A stretch of 64,000 nucleotides of DNA, from NCBI GenBank assembly GCA_976226885.1, contig OZ320318.1, positions 39,928,001 through 39,992,000 on the forward strand, written 5' to 3'. This DNA comes from Iphione sp. A-MEVVRFRX5. Lineage: Eukaryota. The notes below the pieces were generated by a model that saw only the letters and a program-made list of their open reading frames with translations, was not told where the DNA came from and searched no databases. Made by a program: the position numbers and the translations under genes. The stretch's first letter is position 1. Each line of letters starts with the position of its first letter. Positions 63,183 through 64,000 of the stretch are shown in pieces.

Positions 63183-64000
63183 GTACGTACTAAATACTTA
63201 CCATCTCCTTCCTCTTCTTCGCTAAAGAAAGGGGGTGACCTACGAAGCAACTTTGACTCTAACGTATTTCTTTTCATTTCTTCACGCGTTTTACTTTAAG
63301 TGGGCTACATAGGTTGGACCCGTTTCGTAGAGGGGAATAAAACAATATGTCCGATATATATACGCCTTTGGACAAAACAACTGCAACCTCGTGGCAGGAT
63401 GGTTGGTTACATATTAAATAAGCAATTCTAGTCCGTCTGATGGAGAGTGTGTCTTTCATGACCAACTTAAAATTGATTTGCTGAACGCATTACCAAAAAC
63501 ATTTACTATACTCGTCTCAGTTTCCAACCCAATTTATACCAGTCTTTATTTGTGATCGCGTGATTACTTTTTACTTAAAATCTCATTAATGATAGTGACA
63601 ATCTCACAATGTTATTGTACTTCCAATATAACATGTAGTTAGATTTTACTTATATATCGATATAAGATTACTTATTATTCTGGTAAGAATAATACTGCTC
63701 AAGTAATCTACAGTAGTTGTCTTGTAACATTTGTTCTTAAGTAAGAGATGCTCTTTTACCTAAATTTTACTCCTTCTGTCTCTCTTGTTCTGGTTTGATA
63801 AATTACGTGGATACATTAACCGCTCCTTGACCATTTTGTGATACTGAATGTAAGATTACAAAAGTGTCAAATACCGCTTTATGGCTGTGCATGTCAGTAC
63901 TATGGCATGGCATTGCTTATTGCTTCGGAAACAAGGTAAGGTCATCTGACAGTTACCGAAACGGAATTTCTAACAGGGAGAGAGACGTAAGGGGGAAGAA

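Overview
Eukaryotic, intron-rich genomic DNA with no prokaryotic features. Composition (AT-rich introns, GC3-rich exons, abundant TACATGTA, CR1/L2/Tx1/RTE remnants) suggests an invertebrate chordate such as amphioxus; this is an inference. The window is occupied by one large + strand gene, an Lbc-subfamily RhoGEF (AKAP13/ARHGEF18/ARHGEF28/ARHGEF2 type), which runs off the right edge. I assembled by hand a chain of about 26 exons from 34433 to 63182. All have canonical GT-AG sites and mutually compatible phases, and they encode a disordered N-terminus, a C1 zinc finger, DH and PH domains, a coiled coil and the conserved 'RAETF' motif. Upstream are at least two candidate alternative N-termini (1350-1530 + 2472-2869, and about 20901-21328), both ending in phase 0 and fitting the shared exon at 34433. 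The roughly 31 kb first intron and later introns hold decayed, mostly antisense LINE fragments, two MITEs, a 3 x 180 bp tandem array and microsatellites. The best leads are: a small symmetric exon that duplicates the RAETF motif with mostly synonymous divergence; several candidate internal promoters (CRE-CRE-E-box-TATA, CRE+RFX, GC-box cluster) that would give N-terminally different isoforms; an alternative first exon whose ATG is one base out of frame; and several in-frame cassette exons or tandem acceptors. Nothing here demonstrates a wholly new biological system. All models are hand-derived and need RNA-seq or comparative checks.
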